From: Azolla caroliniana
Taxonomy: Eukaryota; Plantae; Polypodiophyta
Direction of reading: 5' to 3'
DNA length: 64,000 nt
Assembly (NCBI GenBank): GCA_043228905.1
Contig: JBHGNT010000002.1
Coordinates: 17,484,001 to 17,548,000, forward strand
Under the pieces are notes generated by a model. That model was not told the DNA's origin. It made no database searches and saw only the letters and a list, made by a program, of their open reading frames with translations. The position numbers were made by a program, and so were the translations under genes. Below are positions 1 through 12,200 of the stretch, in pieces (position 1 is the stretch's first letter; each line of letters opens with the position of its first letter).

Positions 1-2234
1 GAGAATAGCATCAAAACTCTTCGAAATTGGAAGATCTATAATAAAATCCATCAAGAAGACTTTAATCTTCAAATGCTTGAGAGGCATTAATAGCTAATAG
101 TCGTAATTGATTAGGCCCCAAGACAACTTGTTTTTGATGATCAAATGTGGGCTCTCCTGGTTGTGGAGCCAAATAAGATCGTCGTGAGAGAGCATCTGCC
201 TTTCCTTGTTGTACTCCTAGGCGATATGTGATGACGAAATCATAACGTGTTAGAAACTGTGCCCAACGAGCTTGACGACGACTCAAGACTCTAGTACTTT
301 GAAAGTATGTGAGGTTTTTATGATCATTGTAAACAGTGATTTTGGTGGGGAGAACCATCTAAGAGATGTCTCCATTGTTCAAAGGAGTCTATAATGGCTA
401 GAAGCTCTTTGTCATAAATCTCATAATTGATCTCTGCAGCTTCGAATTTGCGTGAATGGAAATCAATTGGATGTAGCTTCCCATCATCACCTGTTTGTGA
501 CAAGACACTTCCTAGTGCAAAATCAGGCGCATTCACCTCAATGATAAACGGTTTTTCTAGGTTAGCATGAAGTAGAATTGGAGCACAAGTGAATGCTCTC
601 TTTAGGCTTTCAAAAGCTTTGGCTGCACTAGAATTCCATGTGAATGACTTGTTCTTTCCTATAAGCTCTGTGAGAGGCATCACAATGTTTGAATAATTCT
701 TGATAAATTTGCGGTAACAATTCACAAATGCTAAGAAACATTGAACATCACGCACTGAATGAGGTGGTTGCCAATTTAGAACTCTCTAAACCTTAGATGG
801 ATCCATAGATATACCTTGTTGGGAAACCACATACCCCAAAAACTCCACGTGGTTTTGATCAAACCTACATTTGTCGATTTTGGCATAGAGCCCATATTCT
901 CATAAGCGTTAGAAGACTTGGCGGACATGTATGTCATGCTCTTCTTGAGTTTTCAAGTAGATCAACATGTCTGTAAAAGAATAACGTGTGCGGAAGTGTA
1001 ACAGACACAACCAGGTAACACAAACGAACACAAGAAGGTTTAATGGAGAACTTGAACGACACAACGTATGCAGGAGAGACAGAGAGAGAGAACATTAAAA
1101 CTCAGATTCAAAATAACAATACTCTGTACATAGGATGTGCTCAATCGGTGCTTTTTATACATGTCCTTACGGACAGACAGAAGTACTGACATAGTACTGA
1201 CTCGTACTTCAATGCTCATCAATGAGCCCCTACACTAACTCCCAAAATATATTCCTTACGAGGAATAACGCTCAAACGGCCTCTCGGCTTATGCATCGTT
1301 ATGGCCTTTGTGCGTACGGTTTTACGCACCCAATGTTGAGCTTGTATCTCAACAATGTCATCAAGATATACTATGGTGAATGAATCCAAGAAATTGCGGA
1401 AAATATCATTTGCTATGTGTTGAAAAACCGCGAGCGCATTCGTGAGACCAAAACGCATAATTGTGTACTCGAATTGTCCGTATCGAGTACGAAATGTTGT
1501 CTTCCATTCATCTCCTGGTTATATGCACCTCGAAGATCTAGCTTCGTGAAAACTTTACCTCCACTAAGACGCTCTAGTAAACTCGAAATCAAGGGTAGAG
1601 CATATCTATTTCGAACTGTGATTTTGTTTAGACCTCGATAGTCCACGACCAGTCGTAGAGATCCATCTTTCTTCTTGACAAAGAAGATGGGTGCACCAGC
1701 CGGACTTTTAGAATGTTGAATGAATCCATTTGCTAAGTGCTTGTTTATATACTTTCGAAAGGCCTTGAGTTCGGAAGGTGATAGATTATATAGGGGGCCC
1801 CATGGTAGCTATTTCCCAGGTTGTAGATCGATAGCACAAACATAAGATTGATGGTTTGGGAGAGAACTAGCTTTAGCTTTGTTGAAGATGTCTTCAAAAT
1901 CTAAGTACTTGGTAGGGAGGAGAGTACCTACCCCTTGTGAGCTAGAGGATGGGTTTGCTATTACTGCAAAGACAAACATTTCATTTGTTTTCCCGTCTTC
2001 TCGTAATTTTTGTAGAGAGATGGGCGAGATTTGGTGAGGTTTTGAATCTCGGTTGGTAGTAACAAGGCAGCTGAATTCAGGTTTCTGCTGGAAATCATTG
2101 ATTGTTTGATTTCTCCATCAATTTCAGGATTATGAAGTTCAAAACAAGGTAAACCAAGGATAACCGAATGCTCAAGGCTACTAATTATATTGAAGGAAAT
2201 CATAGTGAAGCAATGTTCCTAGTATCTTTACAAT
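1..2234 (-). mobile_element. Degenerate Ty3/Gypsy pol region (protease end, RT, RNase H), chromovirus Tcn1/Tf2-like; 5'-truncated and runs off the left edge
   Basis: Minus-strand ORF pieces [19 protein letters not shown]...[19 protein letters not shown]...[38 protein letters not shown]...[10 protein letters not shown]...KADALSRR. Several frameshifts; no LTR visible. Confidence 0.9.
972..1354 (-). mobile_element. Solo LTR (383 bp) of a Ty1/Copia family, nested in the Gypsy RT
   Basis: TG...CA termini with 5-bp TSD ATGTC (967-971 and 1355-1359). Homologous to the Copia 3' LTR at 49929-50323. Confidence 0.9.
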
Positions 2235-2455
2235 ATCTATTGTATAACTAAATGTTTTTGTGTTACTAAAGGGAAATCATGCGAAGCAATGTTCCTAGTA
2301 TCTTTACAATCTTGTTATGTATAGCTTGTATACTGCATGCCCATGTTCATTAATATATTGACTTCATGGTAATCATTGTTTCACATAGCATTTAGGTTCC
2401 CCAAGCAATATATTACAAAAAATAGTGTATACATATATCGGCATGCATGTTGCAG

Positions 2456-3289
2456 ATTGAGAGTTGGGGATACAAAGGAACTACAGAAGCTATCATATGA
2501 GGATCTGAAGAAGTTGGAGGACATAAAGAAAGGATTGGGAACTACCCGTCACATTAAGGTAACATATTCTTTTGATCATTTTAGTAGTATCATTTTCCAT
2601 GCTTTTGATTTGAAGCCTCGTCATGATGCATGGAATAATGTGGAAAATGCTCTCTAATCGTTTTTGTTGAGTGTGAACTACAAGATGATATTAGAAAATG
2701 ATTAGTACAAGTAGTTGCTTGCATGTATTTAGTTACCATTATTTACTTTGCTTGCTACTGCTGCCCATTATATATATAGACATTGAACGTGAGTAAAAAC
2801 AATCTCTCTCTTATAGGCCATTTTGGCCTCCTAAAAGACGTTAATATATCTTTCTTTCTCTCTCTCTCTCTCTCTCTTTGACACATACATACACAGGACA
2901 AATACATGTATGTGTTATAGTACATGGAATTAAGACCTTATGATCATGGTCTGCACTTAGAAGAAGAAGAGGTAGAACATAAGATGATGATGAGCTACAC
3001 CTCCTCTTACCATATCATTGACAATATCATTGACAATGATATAAGTAGTTCAATAGAATCTGATGCTGCAAGCGCCTACAATAATGTCCAACTTTTAGAA
3101 CTCAGGTATACCTGTTATAGTCATTCTTTCAATTATAATTGCAGGAAAATACCCCTTCCATCTTAAAAATCTTGCTTAAAATACAATGGAAATCTTGTAA
3201 TCATAAATAATCTGAACACTTGCATTATTTTAATATATATTTTTTAATACAATAATAACACAATTTTCTTTTTCACTAGGCATCCTTAA
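2456..3289 (+). pseudogene. 3' part of a MIKC MADS-box paralog: K-box exon 2456-2558, C-terminal exon 2921-3105, last exon 3280-3289. 5' exons lie outside the window or are lost; functional status unknown
   Basis: LRVGDTKELQKLSYEDLKKLEDIKKGLGTTRHIK and YMELRPYDHGLHLEEEE...LELRHP* are homologous to exons at 56682 and 57439. AG/GT borders are intact and in frame. Confidence 0.8.
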
Positions 3290-3989
3290 AACATTTGAAA
3301 CTGTCCGTCTGAGAACTTAGTATAGTAATTGTGTAGTCTTTATTTGTTAACAAAGGATTTGTTACCGTTTTGAAAAGACATCTTATACATTTTCAAGATG
3401 ATTTCAGCATGAAAAACACTGCAAATATAGCGCTATACAAATGAATATCAACATGTTCAGATGAGATGGTTATAACATCTTTTGTGCTATATCAAACACA
3501 TAATGGCTTGATTTTTTCAAATTTTTCAGAGCAGACTTGATTGCAGATTTGTTCCTGCTGTAAGCAATGGCGATGGCAGGGAGTCAAAATGCACTTCAAA
3601 CTAAGATATACAACGACTCAATCAATAGACAATGCAGAAGTATTTTACTCACATGACACCATATTGAAAGCTTTATTTTGGACGTTAACAAAGTACAAGT
3701 ATAGTCGAATAAAATTACTTCTATCCAATAAAAACTCTCAGAGATCTACACCATGCACGCCCAGTGCAACATATGCTAATGTATTAGGTTCCATATCTTA
3801 AAGGCCAACATATGCTAATGTATTAGGTTCCATATCTTAAAGGCCAGTTCGCTGATTAATTGTAAATGAACAATCACCTTCATCATGGGTACTATGATTA
3901 TTGACTCTCCTAGACAGTAGGGACTGTTCGTAGGATACAAATATAACCCAAACTATTGCTTTTCAAGAGAGCCAAACGTATCTAAGTCA

Positions 3990-4265
3990 ATATCAGCGGC
4001 GATTGGACTCATATTGAGTGAATATATCTGACTTGCAGAACCTCATTATTCATCATTAGTAATCGGAGTCATATTGAGTGAATATATCTGACTTGCAGAA
4101 CCTCATTATTCATCATTAGTAATTGGGGTCATATTGAGTGAATGTATCTTACTTGCAGTTCCTCATTATTCATCAATAATAATCAGATCAACATTGCAGA
4201 ACTTCATTAATCATTAAAATAGTAATTGCAGTAAAATATTGATTGAGTGAATACATCTGAGCTGC
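3990..4265. repeat. ~60-bp minisatellite, about 4 copies
   Basis: Unit gagtcatattgagtgaatatatctgacttgcagaacctcattattcatcattagtaatcg. Confidence 0.85.
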
Positions 4266-4894
4266 TCATTATGTGCGCTCATCCGACTTGCTGCATGATC
4301 AGCACACATCATTGTCATCACTCTCCTCCCTGTCATCTTCTTCTTCTTCCTCTTCTCCCACGTGCAGAGTTAGTTGCATCAACTACAAAATTAGTGGAAA
4401 GAATGAAAGAAAGTAAATATAAAAGTAAATAAGATCAAAAGAAACTAAAGAATCTGGTTTTCTGCACATGTAAGATTCTCAAGTTACATATATTATAACT
4501 TTTGTCTTGGAAAGATCTCTAGCATAAGTCGATCCAGAATCATGAGATCTCTGAGGCGAGGGAAGCATTTGCAATGGTGGGACATAATGGCCTCCATCCA
4601 TTGATAACAAGAGTGGTCAGGTCGTGGTTCGTGGGGTCGGACTTGCATACGTGCCAAATTGCTATTGCCCGATTTATTCTAACCCCTTTGTTATGTCCTC
4701 CTCGGGAGCCCATTGTGTAGCCTTTGATTTACTTGTAGCATTAGTACCAATGATGGAGCTCTAGAAAGTTGTGATTGTTCTTTGTGAATGAGTTTGTGTG
4801 GCTATATTGCTGTCCTTCGACAACTTTTACTTATGTTTCTTGAGTTCTAGCAAGAAAAGTCGCAAGCACCCACTGGTCCTCATATTCCATTACT

Positions 4895-6665
4895 TTGTGT
4901 AGTGGGCCAAAGCTTTGTTTAATGAGTCTGCAATGGTATCTCCTTCTTATTTCCTAAAAGACGCTACAAAAACAAATATAGTTTTCTTCGGATTCCACTT
5001 TGGTCATATTTAGATGGTAACGCTCCAAGCTATATTGGAATGGGGATAGTGCATTTATGGTTATGCCATATGACTTGAACCATTGTTGCATTTTAAAATA
5101 CAACAATGAATGTCTCCATTTTCAGCCATTTGTCTTGATGACATAAGTGCCAACCTTGGGTACCTTTCTTTAAGAAGCTCCCAAAGACGTTGGATATACC
5201 AATCGGACCAATACCTTGGTGATTATAGGGGTTTAGGGTTTTTCTCTGCCGGGATTATATCATGAAGCACCGATGCTTTGCTCCTTACCATGCAGGCAAG
5301 CATTGACAAGAAATGTATCTCTAAATCTTGCCAATGATTTGCCCTGTTAAGCCTTGATCCCCATGTTTCTACTCCATAGAGAAGAGTTGGTGTGACAAGT
5401 ATATCAAATAACCACAACTTAGTTCGTGGCTCTTAGAACTACAAATATGTACATTGTCTTCCGAAAGCACCATGGGCTTCATATCCACGAGTAACTTGGC
5501 CACAAGCTGCCTCCCGTAAGGAGAACCTAGGCCCTATAAATGTTACTCCTAAGTATGTGGGCGAAAGCCTTGTCTAAAGAGGAAATGGTATCTCCTGATT
5601 TCACAAAAGACACTACAAAAAGTAGTAGTGTTCTTCGGATTCCACTTTGATCATGTTTAGATGGTGACACTCCAAGCTATATTGGAATAGGGATAGTACA
5701 TTTATGGTTATGCCATATGGCTCGAACCCTTATTGCATTTCAGAAAACCAACAATGAATGTCTTCATTTTCAATCAGCTGTCTTGATGAGATAAGTGCCA
5801 ACCTTGGGTACCTTTCTTTAGGAAGCTCCGAAAGACATTGGGTATAGGTCACCGATCAAAACAATACCTTGGTGATTGTATGGGTTGCTCCCATCTTTGC
5901 CGGGATTATATCATGGAGCATCAATGTCTTTATCCTTACCGTATAGGCAATCATTGACAAGTATATCAAATAACCACAACTTAGTTCATGGCTCTTAGAA
6001 CTACAAATGTGCACATTGTCTTTCGAAAGTACCATGGGCTTCATATCCACAAGTAACTTGGCCACAAGCTGCCTCCCTTAAGGAGAACCTTGGCCATATA
6101 AATGTGACTCCTAAATATGTGTAGGAGCGTGTGTATTCCATCTTTTCCTCTCCCAAGTGGAATCTGGTTTTAATCTTGTTACCCATGCTTGAGAGTGATG
6201 TTAAGCACCATCACTTTAGTATCATCCATGTTTACCGACAAACCTTTTTCCGTACAAAAGAGTTTTTTTTAGTCTCTTTAGACAGTTAGAAATCAACACA
6301 AAACCATCAGCATATAGTAATATGTTTAGAGCTATACCTGCTGGGCATGCTCCCAAATCCCTCTATTTAATGTGATACCTCATCTATATAGAGACCGAAG
6401 AGAGTGGGTGATCACTTTAGTATTATTGTGTACTGACAAACCTAGGTTTGTCTGTACAAAATAGTTTGAAGTCATTTAGTGTTTCTTTTAGTCTCTCCAG
6501 AGAGTTAAAAATTAACATGAAATCATCAACATATAGTAATATCTGTATAGCTATAGCCACTAGGCATGCTCCCAAAACCCTCTATGTAATATGATACCTC
6601 ATCAGATTCTATATAGAGACCGAAGAGTGTGGATGATAGTAGGCATCCTTGCTTCACTCCAATTC
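4895..6665 (-). mobile_element. Two degenerate non-LTR retrotransposon (RTEX-like LINE) 3' fragments
   Basis: WLFDILVTPTLLYGVETWG and YTRSYTYLGVTF; the RT Y-x-DD region near 6310 and 6530 is degraded. Confidence 0.75.
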
Positions 6666-6679
6666 AGAATATATCATAC

Positions 6680-6975
6680 TTGCAGTTTCATAGTAATCGG
6701 ATTCATATTCAGTGAATATATCTTACTTGCAGTTTCTCGTTATAATCAATAGTAATCGGAGTAACATTGAATGAATATATACCTGAGTTGCAGAACCTCA
6801 CTAATCACCATTGGTAATTGGAATCATATTGAGTGAATATATGAGTTGCAGATCCTCATTATTCATCAATAGTAATCGGAGTAACATTGAATGGATATAC
6901 CTGAGTTGCAGAACCTCATTACTCACTAATAGTAATTGCAGTAAAATATTGAATGAATACATCTGAGTTGCAGAG
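6680..6975. repeat. ~60-bp minisatellite, about 5 diverged copies
   Basis: Same unit family as 3990-4265. Confidence 0.8.
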
Positions 6976-7489
6976 CCTGCTCATTATGTGAGCTCCTCCA
7001 ACAACTTGCTGCATGATCAGCACACAGCATTGTCATAACTTTCCTCCCCTTCTTCTTCTTCTTCTTCTTCTTCTTCACCCACGTACAGAGCGTTGGTTGG
7101 TTGCATCAACTACAAAATTAGTAGAAAGAAAGAAAGAAATATTAACATCTTTTAACAAGAGATTACATCAACATAAAATAAATATTATTGAGTAAATATA
7201 AAAGTAAAGAAGATCAAAACTAACTAAAGAATCTGGTTTTCAGCACCTGTAAAATTCTCAAGATAGATATATATAACCCCCTTTGTTATGTCCTGCTCGG
7301 GAGCTCATTTGTGTAGCCTTTGATTTACTTGTAGCATTAGTACCAATGATGGAGCTCAAGAAAGTTGTGATTGTTCTCTGTGAATGAGTTTGTGTGGCTA
7401 TATTGTTGTCCTCTGACAACTTTTACTTATGTTTCTTGAGTTCTAGCAAGAAAAGTCGTAGGCACCACTAGTCCTCATATTCCATTACT

Positions 7490-8850
7490 TTGTATAGTGG
7501 GCCAAAGCCTTGTTTAATGAGTCCGCAATGGTATCTCCTTCTTATTTCCTAAAAGACACTACAAAAACAAATATAGTGTTCTTCGGATTGCACTTTGGTC
7601 ATATTTAGATGATGACACTCCAAGCTATATTGGAATGGAGATAATGCATTTATGGTTATGCAATATGACTTAACCCATTGTTGCATTTCAAAATACAACA
7701 ATGAATGTCTCCATTTTCAGCCATTTGTCTGGATGACACAAGTGCCAACCTTGGATACCTTTCTATAGGAAGCTCCCCAAGACGTTGGATATAGCTCACC
7801 AATCGGAACAATACCTTGGTGATTATAGGGGTTGCTCCCATCTCTGCCGGGATTATATCATGGAGCACCGATGCTTTGCTCCTTACCATGCAAGCAATCA
7901 TTGCCAAGAAACTTGGCCACAAGCTGCCTCCTGTAGGGAGAACCTAGACCCTATAAATGTTACTCCTAAGTATGTGTAGGAGCATGTGTATTCCACCTTT
8001 TCCTTTCCCAAGAAGAATCTAGTTCTAATCTTGTTACCCATGCTTGAGAGTGGTGTTAAGCACCATCGTTTTAGTATCATCCATGTTTACCGACTGAAAC
8101 CTTTTTCTATACAAAAGAGTTCTTTTTAGTCTCTCTAGAGAGTTAGAAATCAACACAAAATCATCAGCATATAGTAATATTTGTAGAGCTATACCCGCTA
8201 GGCATGCTCTCTAATCCCTCTATTTAATGTGATACCTCATCTACATAGAGATCGAAGAGCGTGGGCGATAGTGGGCATCCTTGCTTCCGTCCTATTGTGG
8301 TAGCCACCGCCTTTGACAAACCCTTGGAAGACTACAGTTTCCCTAACACGGATTCATAAAGTGCATAGATTCCCCATTGCATATCTGCCGGAACACCAGG
8401 GACTTCTAGCGTTTGCATAAGCCGAGCACGTGGCACATGCTCAAAGGTTTTTCGGAAATCTACAAAGCAGCAATAAATCCTCTTATTATGGGCTCTACCC
8501 TCCTCGACAAGGGCTCAGAGGGTCAATGCGTGATCCAAAGTTGTGAACCCCTTCCGAAGGCCTACCTGTCAAGCTGAACAACCATTTCGCATTGCCCATA
8601 TCGTCAGTTCCGACTCCAGAATCGAGCCATATAGTTTAACCAAGTAATGGCCAATCATGATTGTCCTATAATTGCTTGGCGCCATGGGGTCTCCACTCTT
8701 GAGTATTGGCACCATGGTAAATTGAGTTCATCTAGTAGGGAAACCTTCACACATGGCTCTATTAACGATGTGTGCTAGAAATGGGAGCAAGTTTTCACGG
8801 GCATAGTTAAAGTGCTCACCAACCAATCCATCATGATCCTAGGCCGTCCC
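7490..8850 (-). mobile_element. Degenerate RTEX-like LINE, RT and 3' region
   Basis: Minus strand has CFVDFRK, KQGCP and LLYADD (8160-8180) motifs, plus SKASVLHDIIPAEMGATPI. Confidence 0.8.
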
Positions 8851-9172
8851 AAATATATCTTTATGTCTTTTCAAGAGTCAATCAGTTCTCTTTAAAATGT
8901 TTCCGTATGTGAGAACAAAGAACTCACATATAAATATGCACCTAGCTGAACACCAATAAAATATCTAAAACAAGTAGGTCTAAAGAAAATCTTGTCATCT
9001 TATATGAGCAAGAATAGCCCCAACCACCAGTGTTCCTATTCATATTCAAATGGCCTTGGTTAAATAGCGAATGGTATCTCCCTCTTATTTCATAAAAAAC
9101 AATAGAGTGATAAAATGAATGTTCTTAAATTTCCGCTCCTTGAAAACACAATTGGCAAATATTTTCGTCAAG

Positions 9173-9174
<2 letters not shown>

Positions 9175-9222
<48 letters not shown>
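9175..9222. repeat. (TG)n microsatellite
   Basis: About 24 perfect TG units. Confidence 0.95.
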
Positions 9223-9224
<2 letters not shown>

Positions 9225-12200
9225 ATATTTGCGTACCACAATCTGTAATTGATGTTAAGAGGTCTACCATTGCCCTATTGTACTACGCAATGAATAAGTC
9301 CACAGATGAATCCATCCTCTGTAGTCAGTAAAAAGTGCCTTATAGTCGGAAATTTTCCTACCATCACATGTTCTGCATTATCCAAGTTGATAATGTTGTT
9401 GGACATCAATCACTAATAAGAATAATGCGTCAATGATTATTGGGGCTGCACCCATCTTCAGCTGAATTATATCATGGATCATTGATGCTTTGCTCCTTAT
9501 CATGTAGGCAATCATTGAGAATAAATGACATATCTCGAAAGCTTTCAAGCTATTTGGCCTTGTTAAAACTCAGTCCCTAGGTTTCGACTCTGTAGAGAAG
9601 AATCTGTATGACAAGTGTACCAGTATATCTCCATACAAATACATGTTTAGCAATTTATTAGCAACTAACATTTTTGGGCCGTGGGTCTCTACACTAACCA
9701 ACATGACTTCCTCCTCAAATCAATGTTGTCAGAGGAGCACCAAAGTTAGTAGTATATGTACTAGACACTATGTGGCAACATGCCTTCATGCATATTTTTC
9801 TACTTAAAACATTGATATGTTGTTCTAATGCTTTGGAAAGATCTTTCACAACAAAATCGTTGTGCTAATGTGTATTTTCCAATATCTAATAATGCAATTT
9901 GATTTTACATGCTCATAAAAGAAAAAAGGCATGTGAGAAATACACATCAAAGCAAAGAAAAGATGATAACATCTCGTCGGTAAAGCTCTAGACATGTGAG
10001 AAATACACATCAAAGCAAAGAAAAGATGATAACATCTCGTCGGTAAAGCTCTAGACAACATTTTCATGAGAGTTAAAAGACTATATAGTGCTCAATTGAA
10101 TATACATGTTACCTTATTCTTAGGATGATTAGTGCTTGTTCAGGCATAAATGTTACATTACTCTTAGGATGTTTAGTGCTTGGTCAACCATACATGTTAC
10201 CTCAATTTGATGGATGTTTTAAAATGAAGACATGAATATATACGTGAGTGACTCTGTATAATGATGGGTCCAAATCCTAAACTTTATCAACACAAAACTC
10301 ACTTTGAAGGAAAAGCTACTAGTTCAACAGATGAGGTATACGAGGTTTCCAAATCATCCATGAGAAGTAAATGAGGAAGATCAATAATGTACATTCGGGC
10401 AAATTCATAAGCCCAATAAAACAAGAAACAGGCCGGTAGGCTCAACAGCCATCCTCGATGAGAAGAAAGGCAAGTTGTGCAAATGCAATCAAAGTGTGAC
10501 CCTTTGGGCCACAGCCCTTCATGGATGTCATTCTCACAACAATTGTGGGGCTGGAGACTAATGGCTTCCTAGACATGTTCATCGATTGCTATATGAAGCC
10601 AATCCACATAGCCTAGAGATCAAGGGAAGATAGCATTTGTCATGGAATGGAGTCTTTGTGGAAGTAATAATCATGTTGGTCTATAGACAACTTTTCAGTG
10701 ATTTGTGAGTTACACACTATTCAACCCATTCACTCCAAAATTCATGCAAAAGGAGTCCTTAATGAGTGACTCCCATATATTAGGAGCTATGCACAAACAT
10801 CTAAATTAGTTAACGCTTTGTATAGGTAAATGTAGAGATGCACAATTATTAAGCATGAACCCAATGGAATTACGGGTTTCATTTCAGTCATGTCAAAGAG
10901 AATGATCCTAGTAGGTGGTGTACAATGTAACTACTGGGGAATGAATTGTGATCAGTGTCAACAAGTTTTGACATTAATGTTTTTGTTGTTGCTTCCACCA
11001 TGTAACTGCATTGTTGGAACTTAGTAGCAAAAATCCATACTGACAAGGAAGTTAGCCATGGTGGATGCTTCACATGCTTGCAGTTCTCTTATTTTGTGGA
11101 GAGTAGAAACCAGTTATTAGGGAATATACAAGTTAGCCATGGTGGATGTTGAGAGGCTGTACTTCACATGCTTAGAGAGAATTATATGTATTTAACATGA
11201 ATGATGTCTACCCCCCCACCAAATTAGCGTTAATAGCATGGGGTAGTGCCCATTAATCCAAGATACAAGGTTATAATATACCTAAATAGCTAATACAGGG
11301 TTCCCCTCTGGGAAGGATTAAAGAGTTGTTTTTACCTCATTTCATCAATTCTTCCTAGCTTAGTATTCAATCAGAATCACACCTTCTCGTCTGTGAAGGA
11401 AGTTTTCAGAAACGAAAAATATTCTGAGAATCAGAGAGCAACAAGAAGTTTTGTTACTATCTGACTTACATAAAATATGGAATTACCTTTGAATGCTTTC
11501 ATGGAATTTCCTATTAATAGCATTAGTATAAACAAATTGCACGCTGAATTATACCAGTAGCATCAGCCATGCAACTGAATTATTGGATATGAATTTAAGG
11601 CTTAAAAATGTGTATTGAGGGGGGGGCATAACCTAAAAGAGGCCAATAAGGATATCCGCCAAAAGCAGGAGGACCTGTGTCACGTGGGAACATGTGGTGA
11701 TCTAGGAACCTGAAGAGTTGATTGATGTATGTCAGGCGGACTAGATACTCCCTTCATTACGCCATCCATCTTTGAGATAGTGTTGGTGAGCCACATCTCT
11801 AATGATAAGGATTTGTATCCATCTCAACTTTTGTGGCATTAATTTAGGGATAGGTGTTGGTCCTCCTCTTAGGGTTGGTCGACCTGATGTTTCTACACAC
11901 TTAAAAACTGTTACTTCTCTTAATCTTTTCATTTATTTTCCATCATTAGTAACCTAAGTCTCTCCTAGTTATATCATTATATTTACCTCCAGAAAAATGT
12001 TAACGCTAGTTTTTGCTACAAAATTAAGAAATGCATGTTTATTTCCACATTATACTACCATAATTTTAATGTCCCAATGCAATTGCTCAAAATATATATG
12101 TATTTGTTTTATCATTCCAGAATCTTGCTTAGGCACAGAGGGGTCTACATATAGTGTTTTTGGTCTACCATGTTCTACTTCACACTGTAGTAGAACATGC

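Noticed and set aside
3990-4265. Regularly spaced repeats that might look like a CRISPR array
   Set aside because: Units are contiguous with no unique spacers, there are no cas genes, and the context is eukaryotic.
9085-9331. ORFs with CVCV and HTHT repeats
   Set aside because: Translations of the (TG)n microsatellite.
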